The notes below the pieces were generated by a model, which searched no databases, had not been told where the DNA came from, and saw nothing but the letters and a program-made list of their open reading frames with translations. Below are positions 29,102 through 39,649 of a DNA stretch of 64,000 nucleotides, in pieces. Within the stretch, counting starts at the first letter, position 1. Each line of letters opens with the position of its first letter. Made by a program: the position numbers and the translations under genes. The stretch comes from Candidatus Neptunichlamydia sp. (GTDB lineage Bacteria > Chlamydiota > Chlamydiia > Chlamydiales > Simkaniaceae). The stretch lies in assembly GCA_965233865.1 (NCBI GenBank), contig OZ247587.1, positions 928,001 through 992,000 on the forward strand, in the 5' to 3' direction.

Positions 29102-32100
29102 CTAAGAAAGACTCTTTAAAAGCCTGATGAGATCTTTGCGATCTAAGTGTTTAATCTGATCTTGATCATCATACCCAATTATCCCTTCTGTGAGGCTAAT
29201 CTTCCTCTCAATAAGCGCATGAATATGCTCTTCAATAGTTAATTTATTCACCATCTTAAAGACTTGAACCCCACGGTTTTGCCCAATTCTATGAACTCGG
29301 TCGGTAGCTTGATTTTCTTTTGCTGGATTCCACCATCGATCATAATGGATAACAACGGAGGCTGCAGTTAGGTCAACACCTGTCCCCGCGGCTTTCAATG
29401 AAGCAACAAAGACTTCACACTCAGGATCTTCTTTGAAGGTCTGGAGTTGTTTTCTTCGATCTTGAGTGGACCCCCTAATAGTTGCATACCCAATCTTGTT
29501 ATCTTTAAGATAGTTCTCAATAAGAGTCATCATATCGAGATACTGGGAAAAAACAACAAGCTTCTGCCCACTCCCTCGGGTTTCTTCAAGAAGTTCAATA
29601 AAAAGATTCCATTTCCCGCTTTGGTATTTTTTGTAGTTTTTAAGATCTTTATTAATCAGGCAAGGATGATTACATATTTGTTTTAAGCTATTTAGAAGTG
29701 CAAAAACATGCATATATGGAACAGCTTTATCAGGATTCGAGACGTCATTTACCAGAGCATCGCGAGATTGATTCACAATATCCATATAAAGTTTCTGCTG
29801 CTCTTCAGAAAGATAAGAGTATGCAATTTCTTCAATCTTCTCAGGAAGATCATCAAGAACATCACTTTTTTTTCTTCGAAGGACAAAAGGGTGAATTAAA
29901 CGAGAGAGGAGCATCCTTTTCTCTTGGTCATGAAGTTTTTCAATAGGATTGACAAAAAGTTCACGATACTGAGCCTGAGTTGGCATATATCCTGGAAGAA
30001 CAATATCAAAAAGAGCTTTGAGTTCTTGAAGCCGGTTTTCAATTGGAGTTCCTGAAAGACCTATTTTAGTCTTGGCCTTCAACATAGAAAGGGCTTTATG
30101 CGTTTGAGATTGCGCATTTTTAGCAATTTGAATTTCATCAAGAATTGCTACATCAAACTCGATCGTCGACAATTCTTTTCTCTCACTCCGCAGTGTTCCA
30201 TAGGAAGTGAGTAGAATGTCGGCTTTATAATTAAAAGATTTTAGAGTGCGCTGCGTTCCATAAAAAACTACGACATTCATACCAGGAAGAAATTTTTCCA
30301 AGAGATCTTCCCAATGATAAATCACAGAAGTGGGACAGACAACAAAGAATTTTTTCTTTTTCTTTCCTTCAGAGCTTTTAGCAGCAGCAAGAAGGGCCAT
30401 TGCTTGGTGGGTCTTCCCTAGCCCCATATCGTCACATAAAAGCCCTGAAAGTCCATAAGAGTAGAGAAACCATAACCACTTGGCACCCACGTCTTGGTAA
30501 GGACGTAACGTGCTTTTCAATCCTTCTAAACTAAAAATATCTGTCGTCTCAAAAGTATCAAGCTCTTCAAGAAGTGCACGCGTCTTATAAGCCTCCTCCG
30601 TTTCTTCCTTAGGCTGCTCGATATTCTCGAATGTTCGAAGACGCATCCACTGTAAAGTCGAAAGAGTAAGGGGCTCTTCTTCACTGTTTCCAACTTCTCG
30701 AAGCCAATTAAATCGAGGATCTTTAAAAAAGAGTAATCCCGCCTCAGTAATGGCATAGGAGCGGTGGCGATCAATTGCTTCTTTAATAGTGCTAAGATTT
30801 TCCTCTCCAAATTCACTGACATACGCTAGCTGCACTTCCCACTCCTTGCCCTCGGTCCTATCGATAGCATTCACTTTGAGCGTCAAGTTATGAGGCCGCT
30901 TGAGTCGACGGTCGATTTTAATGATGTAAGCCTTAAGTTTTGTCAATTCTACCGTAATAAAAAGAGGTTCTCCCGCCTCATCAATATGAGCTCTTTTCCG
31001 ATATTTTTCTGGAAGGCGTGAAGAAAGGGACATTTTACTAAAACCCTCTCCAGGCACATATGCATAATCCCCATAGTAGTGAATCTCACGACCCTGATAT
31101 TCTGAGCGATAAAAATACTCAGGCTCCACTACAATGCTCCCCTCCTCATCGATCGAAATATTGAGACCGGCTTTTTCTAAGGGGCAAACAGGGCTGAAGA
31201 AGTTTTTAATTTGTTCAAGCTCTTCTTGGTTTTCATGAATAAAAAGAGGGATTTCCCTTGCTTTTATCGCTTTACTCGGAGAAATATTTCCAAGCCCTCG
31301 AGCCCGAACTTTTCGATAAAACCCTTTCTTGTTCATGTAGAGCCAATCTCCAAAGTCAAGGATATCTTCATTCCCTTCAAATGTTCCTGACTCACTTTCA
31401 AATGTAAGCATTTTCAAATCAAAGACATAAGTTAAATGAAATTCTACATTTGAGAGGTGAATCTGAAATCCTTCGTGCTCATTGAGCCATAGGCGATGCT
31501 CATTAATAAAGTCCCCGATCTTATCAGCCGAAACAACTGTATCGAGGTCTTCAAATAACATCTCTTTGAACGGATAAAACCCATTTCCATCAAGATAAAC
31601 CCACGGTAAGAACAGTGCTGCTCCTTCCTGTTGCAAGTCTCCTTTCTCAAAAGCATAACACTCGATATGAAGCTGCCTTTTTTCATCAAAATATAAATCA
31701 TAAAGCGGAGTCACCACTTCTCGAGAGAGAATCGCTCCTTCAAGATATCTTTGCACTGCTTTAAAGTTTTTCTGCAAAAAGTCCCCAAGTTTTTCCTGTG
31801 AAACAACTTTTTTCTTCAATAGGGGGCTTGTTTTTGCTGGAAAGAACCCACTTGTAGGAAAAAATTCCCAGTCATCTACTTTTACCATTCCTTCCCCTCT
31901 TTTTTCCTCTAGAGGCTCTGAGGAAATATGAAGCTCTTTAGCACCTACATCGTAGCGCATTTTTTGCACTCTTACATCTCGAAACTCATGAACAGAAAGA
32001 GGAGATTTCACAAAGCGGAGGGAGGGGATAATTTCTTTCCAGTTCACTTCAGCAATATAAAATTGAAACTCTAAATCTTTGAAAGTAACAATTACCATTT

Positions 32101-32770
32101 TTGGAAGCGCCTTTTCTGACGCGCTAAAATCAATCGAATACGTTTCTTTAAATTCATCAGCGAGAATCATCCATTTTGCCAAGTCAGACCAAAAAGAAAG
32201 TTCATATTGAATCGCTTGAGTAGGGGTTCCTCTCTTCCAGAGAGCGAGTTCTTCCGCTGGAAGATTAGAGAATTTTAGGGATGTCTCCTCAGTTTCCACC
32301 TCCCGATTAAAAACCATTTCATTAAGGGTTTTCTCTCCTTTTTTTGTTTTGATTTTTACAGAAAAAAGGATTTCTCCTTCCTCGGCTGTGGAAATATACT
32401 CTTTCTCTCCTTTTTTCTTTAAAGAGTTTTGTAGTGCCCCATGTCTTTTAAAAGACATAAGGCAAAGCTTGTTCCAAAAAGAGTCCTCAAAGCGGATGTG
32501 AAGAGGCTCTTCCTCATTAACTTTAAGAAACGCTGCTGCTAAATGAGGACATGATTGATGCTTTTCAGCCTCATTACAAGTGCAGAAGGCATCTTTAACC
32601 TCCCCTTCATCACTGAGTTGGAGGAAAGGCCAATATTCTTCTCCACTTTTAGGGTCATGGACTTCGACCTGGTATGTTCCTCCAGAAAAAACAATGCTTT
32701 TAACCTCTCCCCCCTCGATCAAGGCTTCCCCTTCTAAACGATGCTGAGCTTGAAAGAATCTCTTGGTCAC
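29102..32770 (-). CDS. SWIM-domain SNF2-family helicase
   Basis: CTC...CPH SWIM, DDMGLGKT, DEIQ, SGTPIEN and QATDRVHRIGQ. Confidence 0.95.
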   Translation of the reverse strand: MTKRFFQAQHRLEGEALIEGGEVKSIVFSGGTYQVEVHDPKSGEEYWPFLQLSDEGEVKDAFCTCNEAEKHQSCPHLAAAFLKVNEEEPLHIRFEDSFWNKLCLMSFKRHGALQNSLKKKGEKEYISTAEEGEILFSVKIKTKKGEKTLNEMVFNREVETEETSLKFSNLPAEELALWKRGTPTQAIQYELSFWSDLAKWMILADEFKETYSIDFSASEKALPKMVIVTFKDLEFQFYIAEVNWKEIIPSLRFVKSPLSVHEFRDVRVQKMRYDVGAKELHISSEPLEEKRGEGMVKVDDWEFFPTSGFFPAKTSPLLKKKVVSQEKLGDFLQKNFKAVQRYLEGAILSREVVTPLYDLYFDEKRQLHIECYAFEKGDLQQEGAALFLPWVYLDGNGFYPFKEMLFEDLDTVVSADKIGDFINEHRLWLNEHEGFQIHLSNVEFHLTYVFDLKMLTFESESGTFEGNEDILDFGDWLYMNKKGFYRKVRARGLGNISPSKAIKAREIPLFIHENQEELEQIKNFFSPVCPLEKAGLNISIDEEGSIVVEPEYFYRSEYQGREIHYYGDYAYVPGEGFSKMSLSSRLPEKYRKRAHIDEAGEPLFITVELTKLKAYIIKIDRRLKRPHNLTLKVNAIDRTEGKEWEVQLAYVSEFGEENLSTIKEAIDRHRSYAITEAGLLFFKDPRFNWLREVGNSEEEPLTLSTLQWMRLRTFENIEQPKEETEEAYKTRALLEELDTFETTDIFSLEGLKSTLRPYQDVGAKWLWFLYSYGLSGLLCDDMGLGKTHQAMALLAAAKSSEGKKKKKFFVVCPTSVIYHWEDLLEKFLPGMNVVVFYGTQRTLKSFNYKADILLTSYGTLRSERKELSTIEFDVAILDEIQIAKNAQSQTHKALSMLKAKTKIGLSGTPIENRLQELKALFDIVLPGYMPTQAQYRELFVNPIEKLHDQEKRMLLSRLIHPFVLRRKKSDVLDDLPEKIEEIAYSYLSEEQQKLYMDIVNQSRDALVNDVSNPDKAVPYMHVFALLNSLKQICNHPCLINKDLKNYKKYQSGKWNLFIELLEETRGSGQKLVVFSQYLDMMTLIENYLKDNKIGYATIRGSTQDRRKQLQTFKEDPECEVFVASLKAAGTGVDLTAASVVIHYDRWWNPAKENQATDRVHRIGQNRGVQVFKMVNKLTIEEHIHALIERKISLTEGIIGYDDQDQIKHLDRKDLIRLLKSLS

Positions 32771-33885
32771 AGCGTGTTTAACACTTCTTCAGGTTCATAA
32801 AAATCAAGATTTAAATCATGAGCCACATGCTCATTCGTCACTTTTCCTAAACAGACATTTACTCCAGGTAGAAAAAGAGGGTCGGCAAGAAGAGCCTTCT
32901 TATAGCCCAGATCTGCCAGTCGAAGGGCATAAGGAAGTACACTATTCGTGAGTGCAATCGTCGCCGTACGAGCACAAGCCCCGGGCATATTCGCAACGCA
33001 ATAGTGAACAACCTCATCCTGAATATAAATAGGATCGGAGTGCGTCGTAGGACGAGAAGTTTCACAACACCCTCCTTGGTCAATTGCCACATCCACAACA
33101 ACAGCCCCATGCTTCATCTTCTTGATAAGCTCTCTTGTCACAAGTTTGGGAGTGATTTTTCCAGGTATAAGGATCGCCCCAATCACAAGATCGGCAGCTA
33201 TAATCTCTTCTTCCACAGTCGATGGAGTAGAGTAAAGCGTCTTGAGTTTCCCATCAAAAAAGTCATCGAGCTCGCGCAGACGATTTAGATTATTATCCAA
33301 AATGGTGACATCTGCTCCAAGGCCAACCGCCATCTTTGAGGCTTGGGTTCCTACACTGCCTCCACCAATAATCACCACTTTTCCAGGAGACACTCCAGGA
33401 ACTTCCCCAAGGAGAATCCCTCGTCCACCATTTGCCATATGAAGCGCATAAGCACCCGCTTGAATTGCGATTCTTCCCGCTACTTCACTCATTGGGGTTA
33501 ATAATGGAAGCCCCTCTTTATGATCGATAACCGTTTCAAAAGCGATGCCACCTATTTTTTGTTTTAAAAGCGCGGCTGTTTGCTCAAGATCAGGTGCTAA
33601 GTGGAAGTAACAAAAGAGGATCTGGTTTTCTCGAAGGAGAGGATACTCGGAGGGTTGAGGCTCCTTCACCTTAATCACCATTTCGGCCGAGTAGACCTCT
33701 TTAGGCTCTGAAACAATTGTTGCCCCTACCTTCTGATAATCTTCATCTTCAAAGCTAATTTTTGATCCAGCTCCTTTTTGAATAAAGACCTCATGCCCCC
33801 CTTTGATAAAAGCTCTGACCATCGCAGGAGTTGCTCCAACCCGATACTCATGATCTTTGACCTCTTTCAGAACTCCAATTTCCAT
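32767..33885 (-). CDS. ald: Alanine dehydrogenase
   Basis: KEVKDHEYRV, KVKEP, PMSEVAG, VAIDQGG and YCVANMPG motifs. Confidence 0.96.
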   Translation of the reverse strand: MEIGVLKEVKDHEYRVGATPAMVRAFIKGGHEVFIQKGAGSKISFEDEDYQKVGATIVSEPKEVYSAEMVIKVKEPQPSEYPLLRENQILFCYFHLAPDLEQTAALLKQKIGGIAFETVIDHKEGLPLLTPMSEVAGRIAIQAGAYALHMANGGRGILLGEVPGVSPGKVVIIGGGSVGTQASKMAVGLGADVTILDNNLNRLRELDDFFDGKLKTLYSTPSTVEEEIIAADLVIGAILIPGKITPKLVTRELIKKMKHGAVVVDVAIDQGGCCETSRPTTHSDPIYIQDEVVHYCVANMPGACARTATIALTNSVLPYALRLADLGYKKALLADPLFLPGVNVCLGKVTNEHVAHDLNLDFYEPEEVLNTL

Positions 33886-33887
33886 CG

Positions 33888-34637
33888 TTAAACGATCCCA
33901 TTGTAGACGTGACAGACACCACCCGACATAGTGATCTCTACAAGTTTTTCGTTTTCAGTTAGTATCTCGAATTGAAGTTTCTCTGTGCTACCAAAGATGA
34001 CTTCGATAGATCCAGAAATCCCAAAATGGCGCCATGCAGCCATACAAACAGCTGTTGCACCACTCCCACATGAAAAAGTTTCTTCCTCTACGCCCCGTTC
34101 AAAAGTGCGCATATGTAGAGTATTAAGGGGACCAAGCATAGCATAGTTGATATTCACTCCTAAATCAGAAAAACAATCTCGAGCCTCCAGGTCAAATCGA
34201 GCAAGATTATCAGTAAAGACAACAAGATGAGGAACACCTACTTCGAGAAGATACTCTGAGCCTTTTTCTTCTACGATCTTGGGAACTCCCATTTGGACAG
34301 AAATTTTTCCCTGATGAACTTTGCAAGAGTAGATTTTTTTCATCGTTTCAATCTGAAACTTTGGTTTTTTATCACCTAAATCTTGAATAAATTGAACCAA
34401 ACATCTCAGACCATTGCCACACATTTCTGCTTCCGACCCATCTGCATTGAAAATTTGCATTGCATAATCTCCCCGCTTAGAAGGGCGCAAAAAAATGAGT
34501 CCATCACCTCCAACACCATATTGCCTATGACAAACCTTCGAGATCATACTCGGATCGATCGAAATCCCCATCTTTCGGTTATCGATCAAGATAAAATCAT
34601 TCCCTGTCCCATGGTACTTGGAAAAAGAAAAGACCAT
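33888..34637 (-). CDS. dapF: Diaminopimelate epimerase
   Basis: KYHGTGNDF, EMCGNG and ERGVEEETFSCGSG. Confidence 0.95.
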   Translation of the reverse strand: MVFSFSKYHGTGNDFILIDNRKMGISIDPSMISKVCHRQYGVGGDGLIFLRPSKRGDYAMQIFNADGSEAEMCGNGLRCLVQFIQDLGDKKPKFQIETMKKIYSCKVHQGKISVQMGVPKIVEEKGSEYLLEVGVPHLVVFTDNLARFDLEARDCFSDLGVNINYAMLGPLNTLHMRTFERGVEEETFSCGSGATAVCMAAWRHFGISGSIEVIFGSTEKLQFEILTENEKLVEITMSGGVCHVYNGIV

Positions 34638-35263
34638 TACTCAAAACCGAGTTCCTGGAAAGACTCTACAATCCCATCCAAGAGCCCAAAATCCTTTGCT
34701 TCATCAGCACTCATCCAAGTGTCACGATCAATTGTTTTCTCAATCAATTCAGCGTCCTTTCCTGTTGCCTTTGCATAAACATCAACAATTTGCTTGCGCG
34801 TTTTGATAATTTCTTTTGCTTGGATCTCTAAGTCTGTCGCCTGCCCCTGAATCACCCCAGGAATGAGAGGTTGATGAATCATAATGCGCGCATTTTGGGT
34901 CGCGTACCGTTTCCCTGGAGCCGCAGCTAAACTAAGGACAGAGCCCATCGAAGCAGCAAGCCCCGTTACCACAGTTACGACTGGCGATGTAATCATATGT
35001 ATCTGATCCCAAATCGCAAACCCAGAGTCAACAGACCCTCCAGGAGAATTGATCACAAATAGGATAGGTTCTCTGGGAGCTATATGTTCTAAGTACCAAA
35101 GCTTGCGGATTACATCCTTTGCACTTTGGTCAGAAACCGAAGTAGAAAAAAAGATCCGCCGTTTTTTCAGAAGAACCTCTTCTATCTTTGCATCAAGTAG
35201 TTTAGGAAATTCTTTTTCATCTTCGTCATCTTCCAATCGAATGGGATTGAGTTGGGTCGTCAC
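34637..35263 (-). CDS. clpP: Clp protease proteolytic subunit (ClpP1 type)
   Basis: INSPGG, AASMG and IMIHQP; lies between glyA and dapF. Confidence 0.95.
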   Translation of the reverse strand: MTTQLNPIRLEDDEDEKEFPKLLDAKIEEVLLKKRRIFFSTSVSDQSAKDVIRKLWYLEHIAPREPILFVINSPGGSVDSGFAIWDQIHMITSPVVTVVTGLAASMGSVLSLAAAPGKRYATQNARIMIHQPLIPGVIQGQATDLEIQAKEIIKTRKQIVDVYAKATGKDAELIEKTIDRDTWMSADEAKDFGLLDGIVESFQELGFE

Positions 35264-35295
35264 TTTTCTATCCTTTGTTATAATAGTTCATTTAA

Positions 35296-35452
35296 GGAAG
35301 TGTGCAAAAATAACTTAAACATTTCTGCAATCATAGCATCCTTATCTACTTTGTTATAAATTCTTGAAAATCAACAAGTTTCCTGAAAATTTATGGCGCA
35401 TAGCCGCAGCGCTATGACACTAGAAATATTCAACTTATTTTTCCACACTTCC
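35296..35452. mobile_element. MITE-like element (157 bp) with long terminal inverted repeats
   Basis: Arms 35295-35337 and 35411-35453 match at 35/43 positions. GGAAGTGTG...CACACTTCC is flanked by TAA on both sides; no ORF. Confidence 0.75.
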
Positions 35453-35465
35453 TAAGTCTAAATTA

Positions 35466-36971
35466 CTATACTGTTAATTTTTGCACTTCATCTAACATAG
35501 AAAGCTCGGGATAAAGAGGAAATCCTTCTAGAAGAAGTGTGACTTCCTGCTTCACTTTCTCGAGGCAAGGTCCGTTAATGTTTACCTTTGCTTTGCTCGG
35601 TTTCCCAGTGCGTTCTACTACCCTTGCTTTTGTTGCTTTTAGCAGATCTACCATTAAATCAGCAATGAGTCTCATTTCTTCTTTCTTGAGACCGCGCGAT
35701 GTTAACGCCGCCGTCCCCAGACGAACTCCAGATGTGTACCACGCTCCATTGACATCATTGGGAATTGTATTCCGGTTCACAGTCATGTTTGCCTCAATCA
35801 TCGCCGTCTCAGCTTGTCGCCCTGTCAGTCCAAAGCTCTCCATGACATCAACAACAATTAAGTGATTATCGGTTCCTCTAGTGAATAGCTTTGCTCCTCG
35901 AGAAATTAATTGATCTGCCATTGCCTGGGAATTTAAAATCACTTGCTTCGCATACGTCTGAAATGCAGGCTTACTTGCCTCTCTAAAAGCGACTGCTTTT
36001 GCAGCCATGACATGAGGGAGTGGTCCCCCAAGCACAAGAGGGCATCCCTTATCAATCACTTCTCGAAACTCTTCCCTACAAAGAATCAATCCGCCGCGAG
36101 GGCCGCGAAGCGTCTTATGGGTTGTCGAGGTAATAATATCCGCGTAAGGAACAGGGTCAAACTCTCCAGTGAGGGCCTTTCCTGCAACAAGCCCCGCAAA
36201 GTGGGCCATGTCAACCATGAAAACAGCGCCACATTTATCTGCAATTTTCCGCATTTTTGCAAAGTTGATGAGCCTTGGATACGCAGAATATCCAGCGATT
36301 AAAATCGTTGGTTTTTCGCGCATCGCCTGCTCTTCAATAGCATTGTAATCCAAGAGCTCTGTCTTTGGGTCGACGCCGTAAGAGGTAGCTTGCATCATCT
36401 TTGATGAAACATTATGTTTAAATCCATGGGTTAAATGCCCCCCAGAATCAAGCGCAAGCCCCATCATTTTCTGCTGAAGCATGAGCATCCGTATTTTCTC
36501 ATATTCCTCAAGAGAAAGCTCATCAAGATTCTTTTTTCCAAGCCTTTCGATCTCTTTATTTTGAACGCGGTGAACAAGAATCGCCCAAAACGCAACTAAG
36601 TTGGCATCTGCTCCAGAATGAGGCTGCACATAAGCATGCTCTGCACCAAAAAGTTTTTTTAACTCTTCAACGGCTAAAGCCTCAATTTTATCGACATTTT
36701 CACATCCTGCATAGAAGCGATGGTACGGGTGCCCTTCACTATATTTATCGGTTAAAAGATTCCCCATCGTTAGCTGCGTTGCCAATGAAGAATAATTCTC
36801 CGAAGCAATCAACTTCAAATGTTTTCTTTGATCTTGGAGTTCTTTGACAATTCTGAAGGCAACTTCAGGATTGTCTTTCTGGATATGATCAAGAGCTGCC
36901 AGATAGGCAATGTTTGCAGAATTTCTCTCCGCCTCGGAAGTCTTCTCAAAATAACGGCTTAAATAGGACAT
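35466..36971 (-). CDS. glyA: Serine hydroxymethyltransferase
   Basis: LIASEN, QPHSGADAN, GGHLTHG and TTHKTLRGPRGG. Confidence 0.97.
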   Translation of the reverse strand: MSYLSRYFEKTSEAERNSANIAYLAALDHIQKDNPEVAFRIVKELQDQRKHLKLIASENYSSLATQLTMGNLLTDKYSEGHPYHRFYAGCENVDKIEALAVEELKKLFGAEHAYVQPHSGADANLVAFWAILVHRVQNKEIERLGKKNLDELSLEEYEKIRMLMLQQKMMGLALDSGGHLTHGFKHNVSSKMMQATSYGVDPKTELLDYNAIEEQAMREKPTILIAGYSAYPRLINFAKMRKIADKCGAVFMVDMAHFAGLVAGKALTGEFDPVPYADIITSTTHKTLRGPRGGLILCREEFREVIDKGCPLVLGGPLPHVMAAKAVAFREASKPAFQTYAKQVILNSQAMADQLISRGAKLFTRGTDNHLIVVDVMESFGLTGRQAETAMIEANMTVNRNTIPNDVNGAWYTSGVRLGTAALTSRGLKKEEMRLIADLMVDLLKATKARVVERTGKPSKAKVNINGPCLEKVKQEVTLLLEGFPLYPELSMLDEVQKLTV

Positions 36972-37427
36972 ACGGGCATCTCTCTATCATGTTCAACCAC
37001 CCAATATGCCACATTCCCATTAAACCAGCAACAGCAGGAATAATTGTATACGTGCAACAAGCTCTGCATACATTCCTAGACAACTCCTAGCAACTTCAAG
37101 TTGTTTAAAAGGGCGGTTTTGATTCATGACCTTACTCTCATCAGAATATGTTAGTGTACGCTCCTAAGTTGCAATGTCGCATAGAGACAAGTTTAATTTT
37201 TCCTTCGCCTTAAGGGCAAAGGTTTTACCCCCCCTGGAGGAGGTAATAAAATTTGGTTTATCATTCAAACTTAGTCCTCTAAAAAGCTTCTGAAAGAACA
37301 CTATGAAACATCATTTTTTACAATTCTCCATAAGCCCTCTCTCTCAATGGGGGCTTGAGTTTTCGCTTGAGAATTTTTTGCGAAAAAGGTACGCTGTTGT
37401 TCATAAGCAAACCGCAGAGAGAACTAG

Positions 37428-38195
37428 ATGCACGAAGCAATAAAGCCACTACTTGATATTCAAGAACTTGATATAAAGATGATTCGCTTAATGCGGGTGA
37501 AAAAGCAAAGGCAAGGGGAGCTGAAGCAGATTGAATCTCTCCGCATCGAGCTGAATGAACAATTGAAACTGAAAGAAGAAGAGATTGGCGATCTTGATAA
37601 GCAGTCCCTCGGCCTTGAGGAAAAAACCCAAGGACTTACAGAAAAATATAAAAAGCTCGAATCGCAGCAATCAAGCGTTAAAAAAGTCGAAGAATTCAAT
37701 GCCCTCACTCAAGAAATGACAACTGTCGAAAGAGAAAAAGCCGCTCTAGAAACTCAAACCTCCAACATTTTAGATAAAAAGGTCCTCAAGGAAGAGACCC
37801 TTGAAAAAATCAAAGAGAGCCTCTCCTCAACAAAAACCAATAGCCAAGAGCTAGGAAAAGAAATTAAAGAAAGCATCGACCAGATTAATGAAGAGGGCCA
37901 GCGCCTCAAAGTCGAGCGCGATGCAATCATCGGGAATGCTGAGCCCGAAACCCTTAAAATTTACGAACGCCTTCTTCGCAACAAAAAAGACCGTGTGATT
38001 GTTCCGATTGAAAATCGGACATGTAGCGGATGCCATATTGCCCTCACCCTCCAACACGAAAACCTCGTCCGCAAGGAAAAGGCTATCGTCTTCTGTGAGC
38101 ACTGCTCGCGGATCCATTTCTGGCAAGAAAGCGAAGCAGCCGAAGGAGCGGAAGCACCAACACGCCGCCGTCGTCGCCGCGCTGTAAAGGCATAA
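37428..38195 (+). CDS. cdsZ: Coiled-coil / C4 zinc-ribbon protein (CT398/CdsZ-like)
   Basis: Long coiled coil, CSGCH...CEHCSR and an Arg-rich tail; upstream of rnpB. Confidence 0.85.
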   Translation: MHEAIKPLLDIQELDIKMIRLMRVKKQRQGELKQIESLRIELNEQLKLKEEEIGDLDKQSLGLEEKTQGLTEKYKKLESQQSSVKKVEEFNALTQEMTTVEREKAALETQTSNILDKKVLKEETLEKIKESLSSTKTNSQELGKEIKESIDQINEEGQRLKVERDAIIGNAEPETLKIYERLLRNKKDRVIVPIENRTCSGCHIALTLQHENLVRKEKAIVFCEHCSRIHFWQESEAAEGAEAPTRRRRRRAVKA

Positions 38196-38219
38196 AGTTT
38201 CTGATCGCGATCAGAAACT
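38196..38219. repeat. Perfect 24-bp palindrome between cdsZ and rnpB
   Basis: AGTTTCTGATCGCGATCAGAAACT. Confidence 0.8.
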
Positions 38220-38228
38220 AAGAAACTA

Positions 38229-38587
38229 CGGAGCGGGATGCAATCGCTGTTGTAGAAGCGCAGCTTCTATAAGAGAGGAAAGTCCGGACTTCAGAGAAAA
38301 AGGTGCCAGCGAAATGCTGGGGGCCGTAAGGCTACGGAAAGTGCAACAGAAAACAGGCCTCTGATCTGCAAGGATTAGATAGGATGAAAATGCTGGGTTA
38401 ATAACCTAGCCCCGAGGCAGAGATGTCCCGGAGAGGCAAACCCCACCTGAAGCAAGAAAAGAGTCTAAGCTGTTTTTCGCAAGGAGGCTCTTTAAATGTC
38501 GCTTGAGGGTCTTAGCAATAAGGTCCCTAGATGAATGATTGCAACCCACGGTTTGTGGGTGACAGAATCCGGCTTACTCCCCTTCCG
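38229..38587 (+). ncRNA. rnpB: RNase P RNA (class A)
   Basis: GAGGAAAGTCCGG, GGAAAGTGCAACAGAAA and ACAGAATCCGGCTTA conserved regions; 5' and 3' ends pair. Confidence 0.96.
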
Positions 38588-38595
38588 GGAATTTG

Positions 38596-38623
38596 AGCGT
38601 CAACCTTGGTTGGCGCTTTTTTT
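38596..38623 (+). terminator. Intrinsic terminator of rnpB
   Basis: AGCGTCAACC-tt-GGTTGGCGCT followed by a T run. Confidence 0.85.
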
Positions 38624-38667
38624 CTGGAATAATTTATAAGCCGCTTATTTTGTAGCAAGTTAGTGAA

Positions 38668-39564
38668 CTATACTTTCTTAGCGCGTGGGTGGGAGCGCTC
38701 ATAGACCTCCCTCTTGAGTTTTGTGGAGACTCTGGTATAAATCATGGTTGTTCCCAGCGAGGCATGGCCCAAAAGGACTTGAATGGTTTTGAGATCCATC
38801 CCATTTTCGAGCCAGTGGGTAGCAATCGTATGACGAATAGTATGGGGGGTGATATGCCCTGCTAACCCACTTTTTTGGAGGTAGATCTTAAAAAGACGGT
38901 CTATTGATCGCGTCGTTAGACGTTTTCCCCATTTATTGAGGAAAATTGCATCTGAATCTTTCTGAAAGTGGGGCTTCCCCTCTTCATAGCGACGCGAATC
39001 ATCGAGATATTTTTGGATCCACTTAGCAACATTTTGGGTGATGGGTACAATCCGTTCTTTCTTACCTTTTCCTTTAACGCGAAGAGAACGAGAGTGAAAA
39101 TCAATATCTCTGCGATTAATACTCACAAGTTCGCTGATGCGAAGACCAGAGCTATAGAAAAGTTCCATAATTGAGCGGTCTCTTAGCCCAAAAAGTTTTT
39201 CGGTATTGGGCTGATCAAAAAGCTCTTGAACTTCCGCGTAAGAAAGAGCTCCTGGAATAAGCTTATCAAGTTTTGGACTGCCGACTTCAGCTGCAGGATT
39301 TTCCCTAATCTTTTTCTCTTTAAGGAGGTACTTAAACATTGAGCGAAGAGAAGAAAGGTGGCGCAAAACAGTCCGTTTTGAAATCCCTTTTATCTGCAAG
39401 TGAGCAAGGTAAGAACGAATCAATTTCTTATCAACCGTTTGACCTTTTGTAAAACCCTCAAAAGTTTTCAAATCTAAACGATAATTCCTTAGGGTATGCA
39501 CCGACGCATTTCTCACCGCTTCCAGATGATGAAGGAATTCATATATATATTTACTAAGTTCCAT
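38668..39564 (-). CDS. xerC: Tyrosine recombinase XerC
   Basis: SSGLRISE, GKGKKER, HTIRH, LGH and IYT catalytic residues intact. Start could be 39564 or 39603. Confidence 0.9.
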   Translation of the reverse strand: MELSKYIYEFLHHLEAVRNASVHTLRNYRLDLKTFEGFTKGQTVDKKLIRSYLAHLQIKGISKRTVLRHLSSLRSMFKYLLKEKKIRENPAAEVGSPKLDKLIPGALSYAEVQELFDQPNTEKLFGLRDRSIMELFYSSGLRISELVSINRRDIDFHSRSLRVKGKGKKERIVPITQNVAKWIQKYLDDSRRYEEGKPHFQKDSDAIFLNKWGKRLTTRSIDRLFKIYLQKSGLAGHITPHTIRHTIATHWLENGMDLKTIQVLLGHASLGTTMIYTRVSTKLKREVYERSHPRAKKV

Positions 39565-39649
39565 ATCCCAATTATTGATGAATCTTTCTGGAAGATAAAG
39601 CATTTTCTCTCTTGAGTCTTCTAAAGTTTTTTGCTATAGTGGTTCCATT

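Noticed and set aside
29102..32770. SNF2 helicases (this one and 57718-61206) as defence systems
   Set aside because: Both sit in housekeeping context with no nuclease or methylase partners; two SWIM-SNF2 genes are typical of Chlamydiae.
36972..37427. Riboswitch or leader peptide upstream of glyA
   Set aside because: No recognisable ZTP, glycine or THF motif; the short ORFs lack a convincing SD or motif.
38668..39603. Tyrosine recombinase as an island integrase
   Set aside because: Size and motifs fit chromosomal XerC; no att repeats or cargo seen.
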